A DNA stretch of 39,932 nt from an uncultured Lachnospiraceae bacterium (GTDB lineage Bacteria > Bacillota > Clostridia > Lachnospirales > Lachnospiraceae), in assembly GCA_902787905.1 (NCBI GenBank), contig CADAIF010000001.1, positions 1 to 39,932 on the forward strand, written 5' to 3'. Below, piece after piece: positions 1 through 8,710 of this stretch. Under the pieces are notes generated by a model. The model saw only the letters and a program-made list of their open reading frames with translations, was not told the DNA's origin and did no database searches. How positions within the stretch are numbered: the stretch's first letter is position 1; each line of letters begins with the position of its first letter. Both the position numbers and the translations under genes were made by a program.

Positions 1-1
1 G

Positions 2-430
2 CAGAACTGGACCGACCTCACCGATCCGGCATATTTCGGCACTCTCGTGCTCGCCGACCCGACAAAATCCGGCTCCATCACCAAGTGTTACGAAATGATT
101 CTCCAGCAGGCCATGGCCGAGTTCGGCCCGGAAAAGGGCTGGCTGGAAGGATTCCGCCGCATCAAACTCCTCACCGCGAACGCGCGGTCCATCGCCGACA
201 GCGCGGGCAAGGTCGTCCGCGACGCCCTGGAGGAAGCCCATCTGGCTCAGATCCTGGCCTTTATTCAGGGTCAGGAGGCAGATGGACAGTTCAAAGCTGC
301 GACGGAATATCGCGAGGCAGAGGTTTTAAAGCTCCTGGACCGGGTCCGGGTTCTGGAGGATGCTTACCTGGTCTGCTTTAAGAATGGTGAGAAACGGACG
401 GTCAGACAGAATAAGGTCTGCCGGCCTTAA
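2..430 (+). pseudogene. Chimeric or truncated ORF. An ABC-type extracellular solute-binding protein fragment enters from the left edge and is fused in frame to a tail resembling the C-terminus of a large serine recombinase.
   Basis: The frame is open from base 2. QNWTDLTDPAYFGTLVLADPTKSGSITKCYEMILQ...GWLEGFRRIKLL..SAGKVVRDA matches my memory of iron/polyamine-type family-1 SBPs. The last ~60 aa (LLDRVRVLEDAYLVCFKNGEKRTV) parallel the tail of the neighbouring recombinase (LLDKITVTEKGFKVQFKAGRPYSV). The junction is not pinpointed, roughly 220-300. Confidence 0.4.
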
Positions 431-2030
431 ACTGAACCTTAAAGCCCTTTTCTGTTACGGTGATCTTATCCAGAAGCCGCATGGCCAGGGCTTCGTCCCA
501 GACCGGCTCCGAGGTGCCGGCAGCTTCACAGTATTCCAGGAGATGGCCGATGACGGCCGATTCCCGGACCAGCCCGGCCCTTTCCAGGGTCAGTCTTTTT
601 CGGGTCTCTCTGGCTTCTTCCAGCAGAAGCATCTGATCCGCCAGATCCTTACGGACGCTTTCGTCCTCCGGCGAGCTTTCCGCCAAGGTGGAGATTTTGC
701 TGATCCCGGACAGGAGACGGGAGATGCGTTCATCGACAGGTTTAAGCTTTCTATCATAGGCAGGAATCAGGCTGTCACGCAGCCTGGCCTGCCTTTTTTG
801 CAGGGATTTTTTCTGACCGGGCAGCCGTTTTAGGGCCAGAAGGAAAGCATTTCGCGCTTTTTCTTCAGGGACATTCCGGCCCCGGCAGGGCGTCCCCTTC
901 TTTAAACGTTCCTCGCAGTGCCAGATGATATGCTGATCGGACCCGCCGGACTTACGCCGCCGGTAGGGGGCGCCGCAGTAGCCGCAGTACATCCGTCCGG
1001 ACAGGGCATAGCGGGCGCTTTCCCGGCTTTTCCTGAAGCTTTCTGATTCGGGCGTGTTTTGCTGCTTTCGCCTTTCCAGCTCTCCCCGGGTCAGACTGAA
1101 GACCTCCGGTGAGATGATGGCCTCATGGTCGCCCTGAACATAATACTGGGTCATTTCTCCGCGGTTTTTGATCCTTTTGCGGGTGAGAAAATCCACGGTA
1201 CAGGTCTTTTGCAGCAGGGCATCGCCCATATACTTCTCGTTAGACAGGATGGATCTTACCGTGCTCTCATACCACTTTTTCCGTCCTGCCCCGGTTTTTA
1301 TACCCTCCTTTTCCAGCTCCGTCGCGATCAGGCGGGGGCTTTTTCCTGCCAGAAAGTCGTCAAAGATACGTCGGATGACGACGGCTTCCTCCGGAACGAT
1401 CACCAGACGGCCGTTTTTGTCCTTGGTATAACCCAGAAACCAGCTGTGGTTGATGCGGACCTTGCCCTGTTGGAACTGATAGTGGATGCCCAGGCGGACA
1501 TTGTCACTGATGGACTGGCTTTCCTGCTGGGCCAGGGAGGCCATGATGGTGATCAGAACTTCACCCTTGGCATCCAGCGTGTTGATGTTTTCCTTTTCGA
1601 AGTAGATGGCAATGCCCAGATCCTTCAGCTGCCGGATGTATTTCAGGCAGTCGACGGTGTTTCGGGCGAACCGTGAGATGGATTTGGTGACGATGAGGTC
1701 GATCTTCCCATCCATGCAGTCGCTGATCATGCGGTTGAAGGCTTCCCTTTTCCGGGTGCCCGTGCCGGAGATGCCTTCGTCGGCATAAATGCCTGCCATG
1801 GCCCAGTCCTCATGACTGTAGATATAGTCGGTGTAGTAATTGATCTGGGCCTCGTAGGAGCTTTCCTGCTCCTCCTGCTCAGTGGAAACACGGCAGTAGG
1901 CGGCAGTCCGGCACAGGCCGTCCGCCCCGTAACCGGGCTGAGTATCATCTTCACTTTCCCGGGCCGGGATGACCTTGACGGACCTTTCACCGGATGTATC
2001 CGGTGTCCATTTGATTTGCTTATCCTCCAT
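402..2030 (-). CDS. Large serine recombinase with resolvase catalytic domain, recombinase domain, zinc ribbon and coiled coil
   Basis: AAYCRVSTEQEEQ catalytic Ser region, DLIVTKSISRFARN, zinc-ribbon CGYCG...HCEE...C, and a coiled-coil tail. Start chosen at the ATG at 2030 (MEDKQIKW), which follows a GGAGG. The longer track ORF start at 2186 overlaps the upstream gene. Confidence 0.9.
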   Translation of the reverse strand: MEDKQIKWTPDTSGERSVKVIPARESEDDTQPGYGADGLCRTAAYCRVSTEQEEQESSYEAQINYYTDYIYSHEDWAMAGIYADEGISGTGTRKREAFNRMISDCMDGKIDLIVTKSISRFARNTVDCLKYIRQLKDLGIAIYFEKENINTLDAKGEVLITIMASLAQQESQSISDNVRLGIHYQFQQGKVRINHSWFLGYTKDKNGRLVIVPEEAVVIRRIFDDFLAGKSPRLIATELEKEGIKTGAGRKKWYESTVRSILSNEKYMGDALLQKTCTVDFLTRKRIKNRGEMTQYYVQGDHEAIISPEVFSLTRGELERRKQQNTPESESFRKSRESARYALSGRMYCGYCGAPYRRRKSGGSDQHIIWHCEERLKKGTPCRGRNVPEEKARNAFLLALKRLPGQKKSLQKRQARLRDSLIPAYDRKLKPVDERISRLLSGISKISTLAESSPEDESVRKDLADQMLLLEEARETRKRLTLERAGLVRESAVIGHLLEYCEAAGTSEPVWDEALAMRLLDKITVTEKGFKVQFKAGRPYSV

Positions 2031-2049
2031 GAGAGCCTCCGATCTCGGT

Positions 2050-2982
2050 TTATTCGAACGAATTAGGTGTAGATGGAATAGAGCGTGGCTTCTGTTTAGC
2101 GGCCAGGGCTTCGCCCACGGCTCTGAAAAGCTCCCGGGACAGGACCGGCTCATGATGCTCCCTGATATAACAGCAGCTGTGGTCATGCATGTGCAGCTGA
2201 AGGTCCCCCTGCAAAAGGACGTTTTTCAGCATATGCCGGATGGTGTCGCCGTGCCAGCGGCCCCCTCTTTTGGTGGGGACTCTTGCGGCATTCAGTTCAT
2301 TGGCAATCACGCAGGTCCCCTTGCCGGCGATCAGCTTTGCGCATATTTCCCGGATGACGGCGGCTTCCTCCGGGTTCGGATACAGCATGCCATTCTCCAG
2401 GCGGTAGCCATAGGGCGGCCGGGAGAAGCGGAAGATGCCCCGGCGGCATCTTTTTTCAAAGCGCCAGCGGACATTTTCCGAAATGCTTTTGGATTCCTGC
2501 TCCGCCAAAGCGGCCAGAAGGGTCAGCAGCAGTTCGCCACCGCAGTCTCCGGTGTGGAGCCTTTCTCGCTCAAAGTAAACAGGGATGCCAAGGGCTGACA
2601 GTTCCCTGACGATGGTCAGGATATCCGTGGTGTTTCTGGCCAGACGGGAGATGGACTTGGTCAGGACCAGATCAATCTTGCCCTCCCGGCAGTCCTTCAG
2701 GAGCCTTTCAAGCGCCGGACGCGCCACCTTGCCGGTGCCGGAGAGGCCGGCGTCACAGTAAAAGCCTGCCTCTGTCCAGCTTTCACGGCTCTCAATCAAC
2801 TGTTTGAAATGCCTTTTCTGATTTTCCAGCGAGGCCAGCTGACCTTTTTCAGCTGTTGATACCCGGCAGTAGACGGCTGTCCGGGTCTTTTTTTTCGAGA
2901 TCACAGGCGCAGGATGGGCGGGCAGAAAGGTGATCAGACGCCTTTTTGAAGCTGCTTTCATTATAACAGCCCCCGTCTTCAA
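2050..2982 (-). CDS. Short serine recombinase with catalytic and recombinase domains but no zinc ribbon or coiled coil
   Basis: AVYCRVSTAEKGQ...ENQ, DLVLTKSISRLARN, PPYGY, HEPVLSRELF, then the protein ends. An alternative start is at 2961 (MKAASKRR). It lies 19 nt upstream of the next recombinase gene, so it is probably co-transcribed. Confidence 0.85.
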   Translation of the reverse strand: MKTGAVIMKAASKRRLITFLPAHPAPVISKKKTRTAVYCRVSTAEKGQLASLENQKRHFKQLIESRESWTEAGFYCDAGLSGTGKVARPALERLLKDCREGKIDLVLTKSISRLARNTTDILTIVRELSALGIPVYFERERLHTGDCGGELLLTLLAALAEQESKSISENVRWRFEKRCRRGIFRFSRPPYGYRLENGMLYPNPEEAAVIREICAKLIAGKGTCVIANELNAARVPTKRGGRWHGDTIRHMLKNVLLQGDLQLHMHDHSCCYIREHHEPVLSRELFRAVGEALAAKQKPRSIPSTPNSFE

Positions 2983-3087
2983 AAGCTATTTGTTTTTGTA
3001 GTTGTCATAACTGTCGACAGCTCAATATATACTATTTTCTGCAATGCGATGTTTTTATAAATCCCTTCCCCATCTTGTCTTCGGAAG

Positions 3088-3096
3088 TGCTATAAT
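3088..3096 (+). promoter_or_regulatory. Candidate extended -10 promoter (TGcTATAAT) for the ABC exporter
   Basis: tgctataat lies about 57 nt upstream of the ATG at 3153. No good -35 is seen. Confidence 0.35.
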
Positions 3097-3152
3097 ATAA
3101 AACACACATGCGGAAAAATGTTGACTAATATACGTAACAAGGGAGTTTGGTC

Positions 3153-4943
3153 ATGGCAGAGAATGAGAGAGAAAAGAAGGGCGGGGCCTCCTTTGAGTCC
3201 CTGTCGATCCTGATCGGCAGGTGGCGGGACGGGACCTTCGGAGAGATCATCGACGACTGGCGGTGGATCTTCTCCTACAGTAAGAAATACAAGGGCGCCA
3301 TCGCTTTTTACACCTTCCTGGGTGTGGCCAGTTCCTCTCTGGGGCTGGTCAGCAGCATTGCCGGCAAATATCTGATCGATATCATCACGGGCTATCAGAC
3401 GGATCGTCTGCCTGCCCTGATCGTGGTCATGATTGGCAGCGCCCTGTTCAGTCTGGCCTTCAACAGTGTGATCAGCAGGATTTCGGCCAGGCTCAGTATT
3501 TTTATCAATAAGGACATCCAGGCAGATATTTTCGACAAGATCATCGACGCGGCCTGGATGGCCCTCAACGGCTACAGCACCGGCGATATCATGAACCGCT
3601 TCAACACGGATGTGGAGACGGTCAGCTCCAACGCTATCAACTGGCTGCCCAAGATCGTCATCGCCGTTTATAACTTCATCGCCACCTTTGTGGTCATCTG
3701 GCATTACAATCACATCATGGCCCTGATCGCCTTTGCCAGCGCGCCCATCATGCTGCTGATGTCGAAATATGTCGTCAAGCAGCAGCGGGATTATAAGCGC
3801 AAGGTCCGGGAGATGAACAGTAAGATGATCACATTCGAGCTGGAGACCTTTTATAATTTCGACACCATCAAGTCCTTCGGCATCGCGGACCAGTACGGCC
3901 GCAAAATGCGTACCTGGCAGGATCTCTTTCGGGATCTGCAGCTGAAGTACAATATGTTCACCATTAAGACCAATATCTTCATGTCTCTGACCGGTCTGGG
4001 TGTGCAGATGCTGGCTTTCCTCTATTGTCTGTGGCTGCTCTGGACCAGGACCATTACCTACGGTACCATGACTCTGTTCCTGACCCAGCGGTCGAACCTG
4101 TCGAATGCCTTCAACAACGTGGTTTCCATCATTCCTTCTTTCCTGAGCAGCTCGGTTTCCGCCCACCGGATCAAGGAGCTGGTGGATCTGCCCAAGGAGG
4201 TGCATACGCCGGCCAGCAGTGAACTGGACGCCTACATGGCGGATGGTTATACGGTTGTTTTTGATGAGGTGGATTTTTCCTATATCGAAGAGAGCAGGGT
4301 CATCACCAATTCGGATTTTGTGGCCAGGCCCGGTGAGATCGTGGCCCTGGTGGGCCCCTCGGGTGAGGGCAAGACCACGTTGATCCGCCTGATCCTGGGC
4401 CTGATCCGGCCTCAGGAGGGACATGTGAAGATCATGGCTTCCAACGGTCAGTTTGTGGACGCCAATGCCAACACGCGCCACCTGTTTGCCTATGTGCCCC
4501 AGGGCAATACCCTTGTGTCGGGCACCATTGCCGAAAATATGCGGATGGTCAAGGAGGACGCGACGGATGAGGAGATCATTGAGGCTCTGAAGGTCGCCTG
4601 TGCCTGGGATTTCATTGAGAAGATGCCGGATCAGATCAATGCGGTGGTGAGAGAGCGGGGACGCGGCCTGTCCGAGGGCCAGGCCCAGCGTGTGTCCATA
4701 GCCAGGGCTATCCTGCGTGACGCGCCGATCCTGCTTCTGGATGAGGCCACCAGTGCCCTGGATGTGGCGACTGAGCGGAACGTTTTACGCAGTATTATTC
4801 AGCAGCGGCCCAACAAGACCTGCATTGTGACGACTCACAGGCCCAGTGTGCTGAACATGTGCCGGCGGGTCTACCGTGTCATGGATACGGAGGTGACGGA
4901 GCTGGATGAGGAAGAATCCGGCAGAATGGCGATGGATTTTTAA
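3153..4943 (+). CDS. ABC transporter, fused permease/ATP-binding exporter (MsbA/multidrug type half-transporter)
   Basis: Six predicted N-terminal TM segments. Walker A GPSGEGKTT, signature LSEGQAQRVSIARA, Walker B ILLLDEATSALD. AAGGGAG RBS 7 nt before the ATG at 3153. Confidence 0.9.
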   Translation: MAENEREKKGGASFESLSILIGRWRDGTFGEIIDDWRWIFSYSKKYKGAIAFYTFLGVASSSLGLVSSIAGKYLIDIITGYQTDRLPALIVVMIGSALFSLAFNSVISRISARLSIFINKDIQADIFDKIIDAAWMALNGYSTGDIMNRFNTDVETVSSNAINWLPKIVIAVYNFIATFVVIWHYNHIMALIAFASAPIMLLMSKYVVKQQRDYKRKVREMNSKMITFELETFYNFDTIKSFGIADQYGRKMRTWQDLFRDLQLKYNMFTIKTNIFMSLTGLGVQMLAFLYCLWLLWTRTITYGTMTLFLTQRSNLSNAFNNVVSIIPSFLSSSVSAHRIKELVDLPKEVHTPASSELDAYMADGYTVVFDEVDFSYIEESRVITNSDFVARPGEIVALVGPSGEGKTTLIRLILGLIRPQEGHVKIMASNGQFVDANANTRHLFAYVPQGNTLVSGTIAENMRMVKEDATDEEIIEALKVACAWDFIEKMPDQINAVVRERGRGLSEGQAQRVSIARAILRDAPILLLDEATSALDVATERNVLRSIIQQRPNKTCIVTTHRPSVLNMCRRVYRVMDTEVTELDEEESGRMAMDF

Positions 4944-4958
4944 CAGACGGACAGGAAC

Positions 4959-4999
4959 GAGGCCCGGGGAGAAATGACTGGCATTTCTCTCCGGGCCTC
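4959..4999. terminator. Hairpin between convergent genes, a possible bidirectional terminator
   Basis: gaggcccggggagaaatg ... catttctctccgggcctc is a long GC-rich stem between the ABC exporter stop and the CoA-transferase stop. Confidence 0.6.
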
Positions 5000-5052
5000 T
5001 TATATGCCGCGTTTTAAGAGCGCGGGAGGGGGTATGAGAGTGAACATGGGTA

Positions 5053-6576
5053 TCAGGCGAGGCCCATGACCTCGTCCTTGAAGATCCTTTCGTCCATCAG
5101 CCGGACATCCTTCATGATGGGTGTAAAATCCATGAATGGGAGAATGTCCTTCTCGATACTGATGTCCGGAGCAACTTCGATGAGTTCAACGCCTTCTTTG
5201 GTCAGCTTAAAGACACAGCATTCGGTCACATAAAGGACTTTCTGGCCGGTCTTATTGGCAAATTCGGCGGAGAAGGTGATCTGCTCGACGTCCCTTAGGA
5301 ATTTCTTGTGACCGCCCTTGACGGTGAAGGTGCCGCAGAAGATGACGACGGGTGTGTTCTGGGTGATGTTGATAAAACCTCCGCATCCGGCGATTTTCGG
5401 CCCGAATTTGGAAACATTGATATTGCCGTGGCTGTCACACTGAGCCAGGCCGAGAAAGGCGATATCAAGACCGCCGCCATCATAGAAGTCAAACTGGAAG
5501 CTCTGATGGATGATCGAGTCGGGATTTGTGGTGACACCGAAGTCGCCGCCGGAGGCCGGAACACCGCCGATGGTGCCGGACTCGGTGGTGAGTACCATGC
5601 CCTCGATACCTTCTTCGGCGACCACATTGGCAATGCCCTCGGGCATCCCGATGCCCAGGTTGACCACATCACCGGCCTTAAGCTCCATGGCACATCTACG
5701 GGCGATGATCTTTCTGGCCCCCATGGGCATGGGATCCATTGCGGAAAGGGGGATTTTCTTTTCGCCGGAAAAAGCTTCATTATGGTAGGAGCCGTTGGTC
5801 TGCCTGGCGCAGGCCTGGTCCACGAGGACGACGGCCTCAATGTAGATGCCGGGCACCTGGATCAGGCGTGTATCCAGGGTTCCATACTGAACAAAGTGGC
5901 TCTTTTCAACGGTCACAATGACTTTGCCGCCGGAGTTGTAAGCGGCCTGAGCGATCGGAAGGATGTCAGCCAGTGTGCCTTCACGTTCCAGTGAGCAGTT
6001 GCCCATGGTATCCACGTAGGACGCGTGGATCAGGGTCACATCGATGGGGATACTGGGGTAGAAGAGCTTATCCTCGCCATTGAAGCTGACCTTTTGTACA
6101 TAGCTGCCGGCTTCCCGCGCCTTGTCATTAAGCATGCCGGCTTCGACATCAGGGTCGACAAAGGTATCCAGGCCTACGTGGGTCAGAAGACCCGGACGGC
6201 CGGAGGCAATCTCGCGGAAGAGTTCCGAAAGACAGCCCTGCGGCATATTATAGGCCGCGATCTTGTTTTCCATCGCGAGCTTCTGGATTCTGGGGGCCAG
6301 GGAATAATGGCCTGCGATCACGCATTTCAGCAGTCCTTCTTCAGCCAGACGGTTGACCTGGCCGACCACATTGCCTTCCGCATCTTTTCCGCCGCCCTGT
6401 CCGGCTGCGTGAAGAAGCGTCAGATTTCTGGGTGTGCCGTCCCGGAGGAAGCTGGCCTGGATGGCCCGCATCATGCCCTCAGGCTGGACCGCGCCGACGA
6501 AACCATTCGTCGCGATCGTCATACCGTCTTTGATATAGGTTTTTACAGCATCTTCGGCTGTCATTACTTTTACCAT
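5053..6576 (-). CDS. Propionate CoA-transferase-like acyl-CoA:carboxylate CoA-transferase (family I, fused alpha/beta)
   Basis: End-to-end resemblance to Clostridium propionicum Pct as I remember it (GFVG, MENKIAAYN.PQG, GNINVSKFGPKIAGCGGFINITQNTP, CGTFT). The ATG at 6576 has better RBS spacing than the track start at 6582. Confidence 0.88.
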   Translation of the reverse strand: MVKVMTAEDAVKTYIKDGMTIATNGFVGAVQPEGMMRAIQASFLRDGTPRNLTLLHAAGQGGGKDAEGNVVGQVNRLAEEGLLKCVIAGHYSLAPRIQKLAMENKIAAYNMPQGCLSELFREIASGRPGLLTHVGLDTFVDPDVEAGMLNDKAREAGSYVQKVSFNGEDKLFYPSIPIDVTLIHASYVDTMGNCSLEREGTLADILPIAQAAYNSGGKVIVTVEKSHFVQYGTLDTRLIQVPGIYIEAVVLVDQACARQTNGSYHNEAFSGEKKIPLSAMDPMPMGARKIIARRCAMELKAGDVVNLGIGMPEGIANVVAEEGIEGMVLTTESGTIGGVPASGGDFGVTTNPDSIIHQSFQFDFYDGGGLDIAFLGLAQCDSHGNINVSKFGPKIAGCGGFINITQNTPVVIFCGTFTVKGGHKKFLRDVEQITFSAEFANKTGQKVLYVTECCVFKLTKEGVELIEVAPDISIEKDILPFMDFTPIMKDVRLMDERIFKDEVMGLA

Positions 6577-6622
6577 AAGCATCTGTCCTTTTCTTTAGTG
6601 TAAAAATCAGAAGTCGTATGCA

Positions 6623-8026
6623 TCAGCAAAGGCCGATCGTTCCGAGAATGATGATCACCACACACGCGATCAGCGGGATCACGACGGTGTTCATACCGAT
6701 ATCCACGTAGGATTCCTTGTGGGTCATGCCGGTGACAGCAAGCAGGGTGATGACTGCGCCGTTATGGGGCAGGGTATCCATACCGCCGGAGGCCACGGCA
6801 ATGACTCTGTGAAGAACCTGGGGGCTGATGCCCAGAGCCGCGGCCTGTTCGGAGAAGGTCTCCGCGAAGGAAGCCAGGGCGATGGACATACCGCCGGAGG
6901 CGGATCCGGTGATACCTGCGAGCACAGAGGTGGAAATGGCGCCGCCGATCAGCGGATTGCCGGCGGAGAGGGCCATCATGGCATTGGCGATGATCGCGTA
7001 TCCGGCCAGTGTTTTGATGACGTTGCCGTAACCGACCTCAGACGCGGTATTCATGACGGCCAGGAAGGAGCCTCCGACGCCTTCTTTCAGGATCTCCACA
7101 ACGCTCTTCTTGAACTTTTTAAAGTTAAGAACAATAACGGAGATGATACCGATCACGAGGGCAACGATCAGACTCCATGTGCCGGCGACGCCTGACAGGG
7201 TAGCATTGAAGCTTTCCAGATAAGTGTAGGAGGCCGCATGTGCCTCGACGAAGACAAATTTGGAAAGAATGAAGTTGATGACGATCACGAGAATGACCGG
7301 AATGATCGCGAAGGTAAAGGAAGGAAGATCCGCGGAATCAATCTGCGCAAGGACTTCATTCGGATGATCGCCATAGCCTTCGCCCTTAGCCACAGCATGT
7401 TTAATACGGCGTGTCAGCCACATCATACCGCCGCCGAACATGATGACGGCAGCAATGATGCCGAGGACCGGAGCCGCGAATACATCTGTCCCGAAGAATC
7501 TCATCGGGATCGTATTCTGGATCTGCGGTGTTCCGGGGATGGCTGTCATAGTGAAGGTAAAGGCGCCCAGCGCGATACATCCCGGCAGGAATCTCTTGGG
7601 GATATTGGCTTCTCTGAAAAGGACGGCACCGATAGGATAGATCGCGAATGCCGCGACGAAAAGGGAGACGCCGCCGTAGGTAATGATCGCGCAGGCTAAT
7701 ACAACGGCCAGGGCTTCTTTGCCGTGGCCAAGTTTTCTTGAGACAAATTCAGCGATAGATTTGGCGGAACCGGACTGGTCCATCACGGTGCCGAAGATGG
7801 CGCCGAGCAGGAAGAACGGAAAATAGCTCTTCACGTAATTGGCCATGTTCACCATGAAGACTTCCGTATAGGTTGCCAGGACATAGGCGCCTTCTCCGCT
7901 GACGATGGCGGTAAGAACGGCAGCCAGAAGAGCCAGGATCGGGGCCAGAAGGACAATAGACCAGCCCTTATAGCCCAGATAGATCAGAAGCAGTAAAGAT
8001 ATGACAATTGCTAATACCGATAACAT
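6623..8026 (-). CDS. GntP-family (gluconate/hydroxy-acid:H+) permease
   Basis: A 467-aa polytopic membrane protein. FLLGAIFGTVMDQSGSAKSIAEFV...VVLACAIITYGGVSLFV is a pattern typical of the GntP family. Confidence 0.8.
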   Translation of the reverse strand: MLSVLAIVISLLLLIYLGYKGWSIVLLAPILALLAAVLTAIVSGEGAYVLATYTEVFMVNMANYVKSYFPFFLLGAIFGTVMDQSGSAKSIAEFVSRKLGHGKEALAVVLACAIITYGGVSLFVAAFAIYPIGAVLFREANIPKRFLPGCIALGAFTFTMTAIPGTPQIQNTIPMRFFGTDVFAAPVLGIIAAVIMFGGGMMWLTRRIKHAVAKGEGYGDHPNEVLAQIDSADLPSFTFAIIPVILVIVINFILSKFVFVEAHAASYTYLESFNATLSGVAGTWSLIVALVIGIISVIVLNFKKFKKSVVEILKEGVGGSFLAVMNTASEVGYGNVIKTLAGYAIIANAMMALSAGNPLIGGAISTSVLAGITGSASGGMSIALASFAETFSEQAAALGISPQVLHRVIAVASGGMDTLPHNGAVITLLAVTGMTHKESYVDIGMNTVVIPLIACVVIIILGTIGLC

Positions 8027-8054
8027 GTGATTTCTCCTCTCTCAAAGCGGATCT

Positions 8055-8480
8055 TTATGAGGCGGCCTGCTTCGGCGGCATGACGGTGGCTTCACCCTGA
8101 ATGACGACTTCGCCGTCCTGGTTGACCACGACCGTTTCCATGATCACGCGGTTTTTTTCAATGTTCATCTCCCTGACCGTCGCCGTGGCTGTAACGGTGT
8201 CACCGATACGGACAGGCCGGGTAAAATTCAGGGTCTGACCCAGGTAGATGGTCCCGGGGCCCGGCAGGCGCATGCCCAGAACGGCAGAGATAAATCCGGC
8301 ACCCAGCATTCCGTGGGCGATCCTCGATTTAAACATTGTTTTTGAAGCAGATACCTCATCTGTGTGGGCAGGATTCAGATCTCCCGTAATCCCCGCGAAC
8401 AGATAGACATCTGTTTCTGAAACGGTTTTTGTCATGCTGGCGCAGTCACCGATTTTCATGTCTTTGATCGTCAAATCCAT
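8055..8480 (-). CDS. MaoC-like (R)-specific enoyl-CoA hydratase/dehydratase (hot-dog fold)
   Basis: TVSETDVYLFAGITGDLNPAHTD....IAHGML is the hallmark hot-dog hydratase motif. Start set at MDLTIKDM next to AAAGGAGG. The track start at 8492 is a TTG with no RBS. Confidence 0.85.
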   Translation of the reverse strand: MDLTIKDMKIGDCASMTKTVSETDVYLFAGITGDLNPAHTDEVSASKTMFKSRIAHGMLGAGFISAVLGMRLPGPGTIYLGQTLNFTRPVRIGDTVTATATVREMNIEKNRVIMETVVVNQDGEVVIQGEATVMPPKQAAS

Positions 8481-8548
8481 TCCTCCTTTCAAAGCGGTTT
8501 TCCGGTTAACAGTGCAAAGTGGACAAAGAATGAAAAGTAGTCATGGCT

Positions 8549-8614
8549 ATTATATAAAACATTTACTATTTAGTAAAATTCACTAAATTCAAGCGGCTAT
8601 GACATTATTTCATG
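8549..8614 (-). promoter_or_regulatory. Promoter (TTACTA-16-TATAAT) plus a 44-bp LysR-type operator box upstream of the MaoC/permease/CoA-transferase operon
   Basis: Read on the minus strand, the -10 is at 8549-8554 and the -35 at 8571-8576. The box at 8571-8614 is repeated at 9959-10002 (38/44 identical) and contains an ATGAnAT-type dyad. Confidence 0.5.
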
Positions 8615-8710
8615 TGCATATTCACTAAATTCATATCGTTATGAATTTGTTTCATAGCAAGGCGCCGCAAAAAAAGGGATCTGCTTTCACAGACCCCTGA
8701 TCAGATAACA

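Noticed and set aside
3090-4481. A 463-aa minus-strand ORF antisense to the ABC exporter
   Set aside because: It overlaps a gene with unmistakable Walker/signature motifs on the other strand. The translation is low-complexity (rich in G/D/H/Q/R/P) with no recognisable motif, which is typical of a shadow ORF in GC-rich coding DNA.
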